DNA of 63,841 nt, filler included, from Choristocarpus tenellus KU-1152 (taxonomy: Eukaryota > Protista > Phaeophyceae): the NCBI GenBank assembly GCA_964200185.2. It is 10 parts of 10 records of this genome, joined end to end, with 100 filler letters (N's around TTAATTAATTAA, not from the genome) between each part and the next. Parts side by side here need not be neighbours in the genome. Positions count along the whole stretch, not along the records: positions 56,923 to 63,841 come from CAXNAD020007062.1; 9 more parts are not named here. The stretch is one strand, 5' to 3'. The notes below the pieces were generated by a model. That model ran no database searches and had not been told where the DNA came from. It saw only the letters and a list, made by a program, of their open reading frames with translations. Numbering within the stretch: the stretch's first letter is position 1; the number at the start of each line of letters is the position of its first letter. This document shows positions 63,765 to 63,841 of the stretch, in pieces. A program made the translations under genes and the position numbers.

Positions 63765-63841
63765 TTTGCGGTGGAAAGTTTTGGGCGTCTCGGCAAGCAA
63801 GCGGAAAGCTTCCTGGATGAGCTGGCTACCCACATGGTAGG
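63765..63841 (+). mobile_element. CRE-like LINE fragment, cut by window end
   Basis: Near-identical to the reverse complement of ~50403-50488 (NTFAVESFGRLGKQAESFLDELATHMV). Confidence 0.75.

Overview
Eukaryotic, intron-rich genomic DNA. It is not one continuous locus: ten contigs are joined by nine artificial 100-nt linkers (N44-TTAATTAATTAA-N44). Gene structure, TTAGGG telomere-type motifs and repeat content suggest a stramenopile, possibly a brown alga; this is inference only. Host genes spliced by eye with GT-AG junctions and consistent phases: the 3' part of MSH2 (11 exons, + strand), an internal part of THOC2 (6 exons, - strand), the 5' part of NUP62 (4 exons, - strand), plus three unidentified multi-exon genes or pseudogenes. 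The rest is transposon debris: a decayed Sola2-type DDD transposase, at least four MITE families whose termini share the core CAAAGTA/GAAAGTA, a DD39D mariner, a pogo-like 3' end with a PIP box, CRE-like LINE 3' ends and Ty3/Gypsy remnants. The most unusual signals are: (1) repeated short (TTAGGG)2 patches written into otherwise alignable MITE copies, including three in one ~280-bp copy in both orientations, suggesting frequent telomerase-assisted break repair; (2) a ~265-nt imperfect foldback resembling a pre-miRNA; (3) Cys substitutions in two conserved MSH2 ATPase motifs; (4) strong CpG depletion with CpG-island-like gene starts. No database searches were run, so all family assignments rest on motif recognition.
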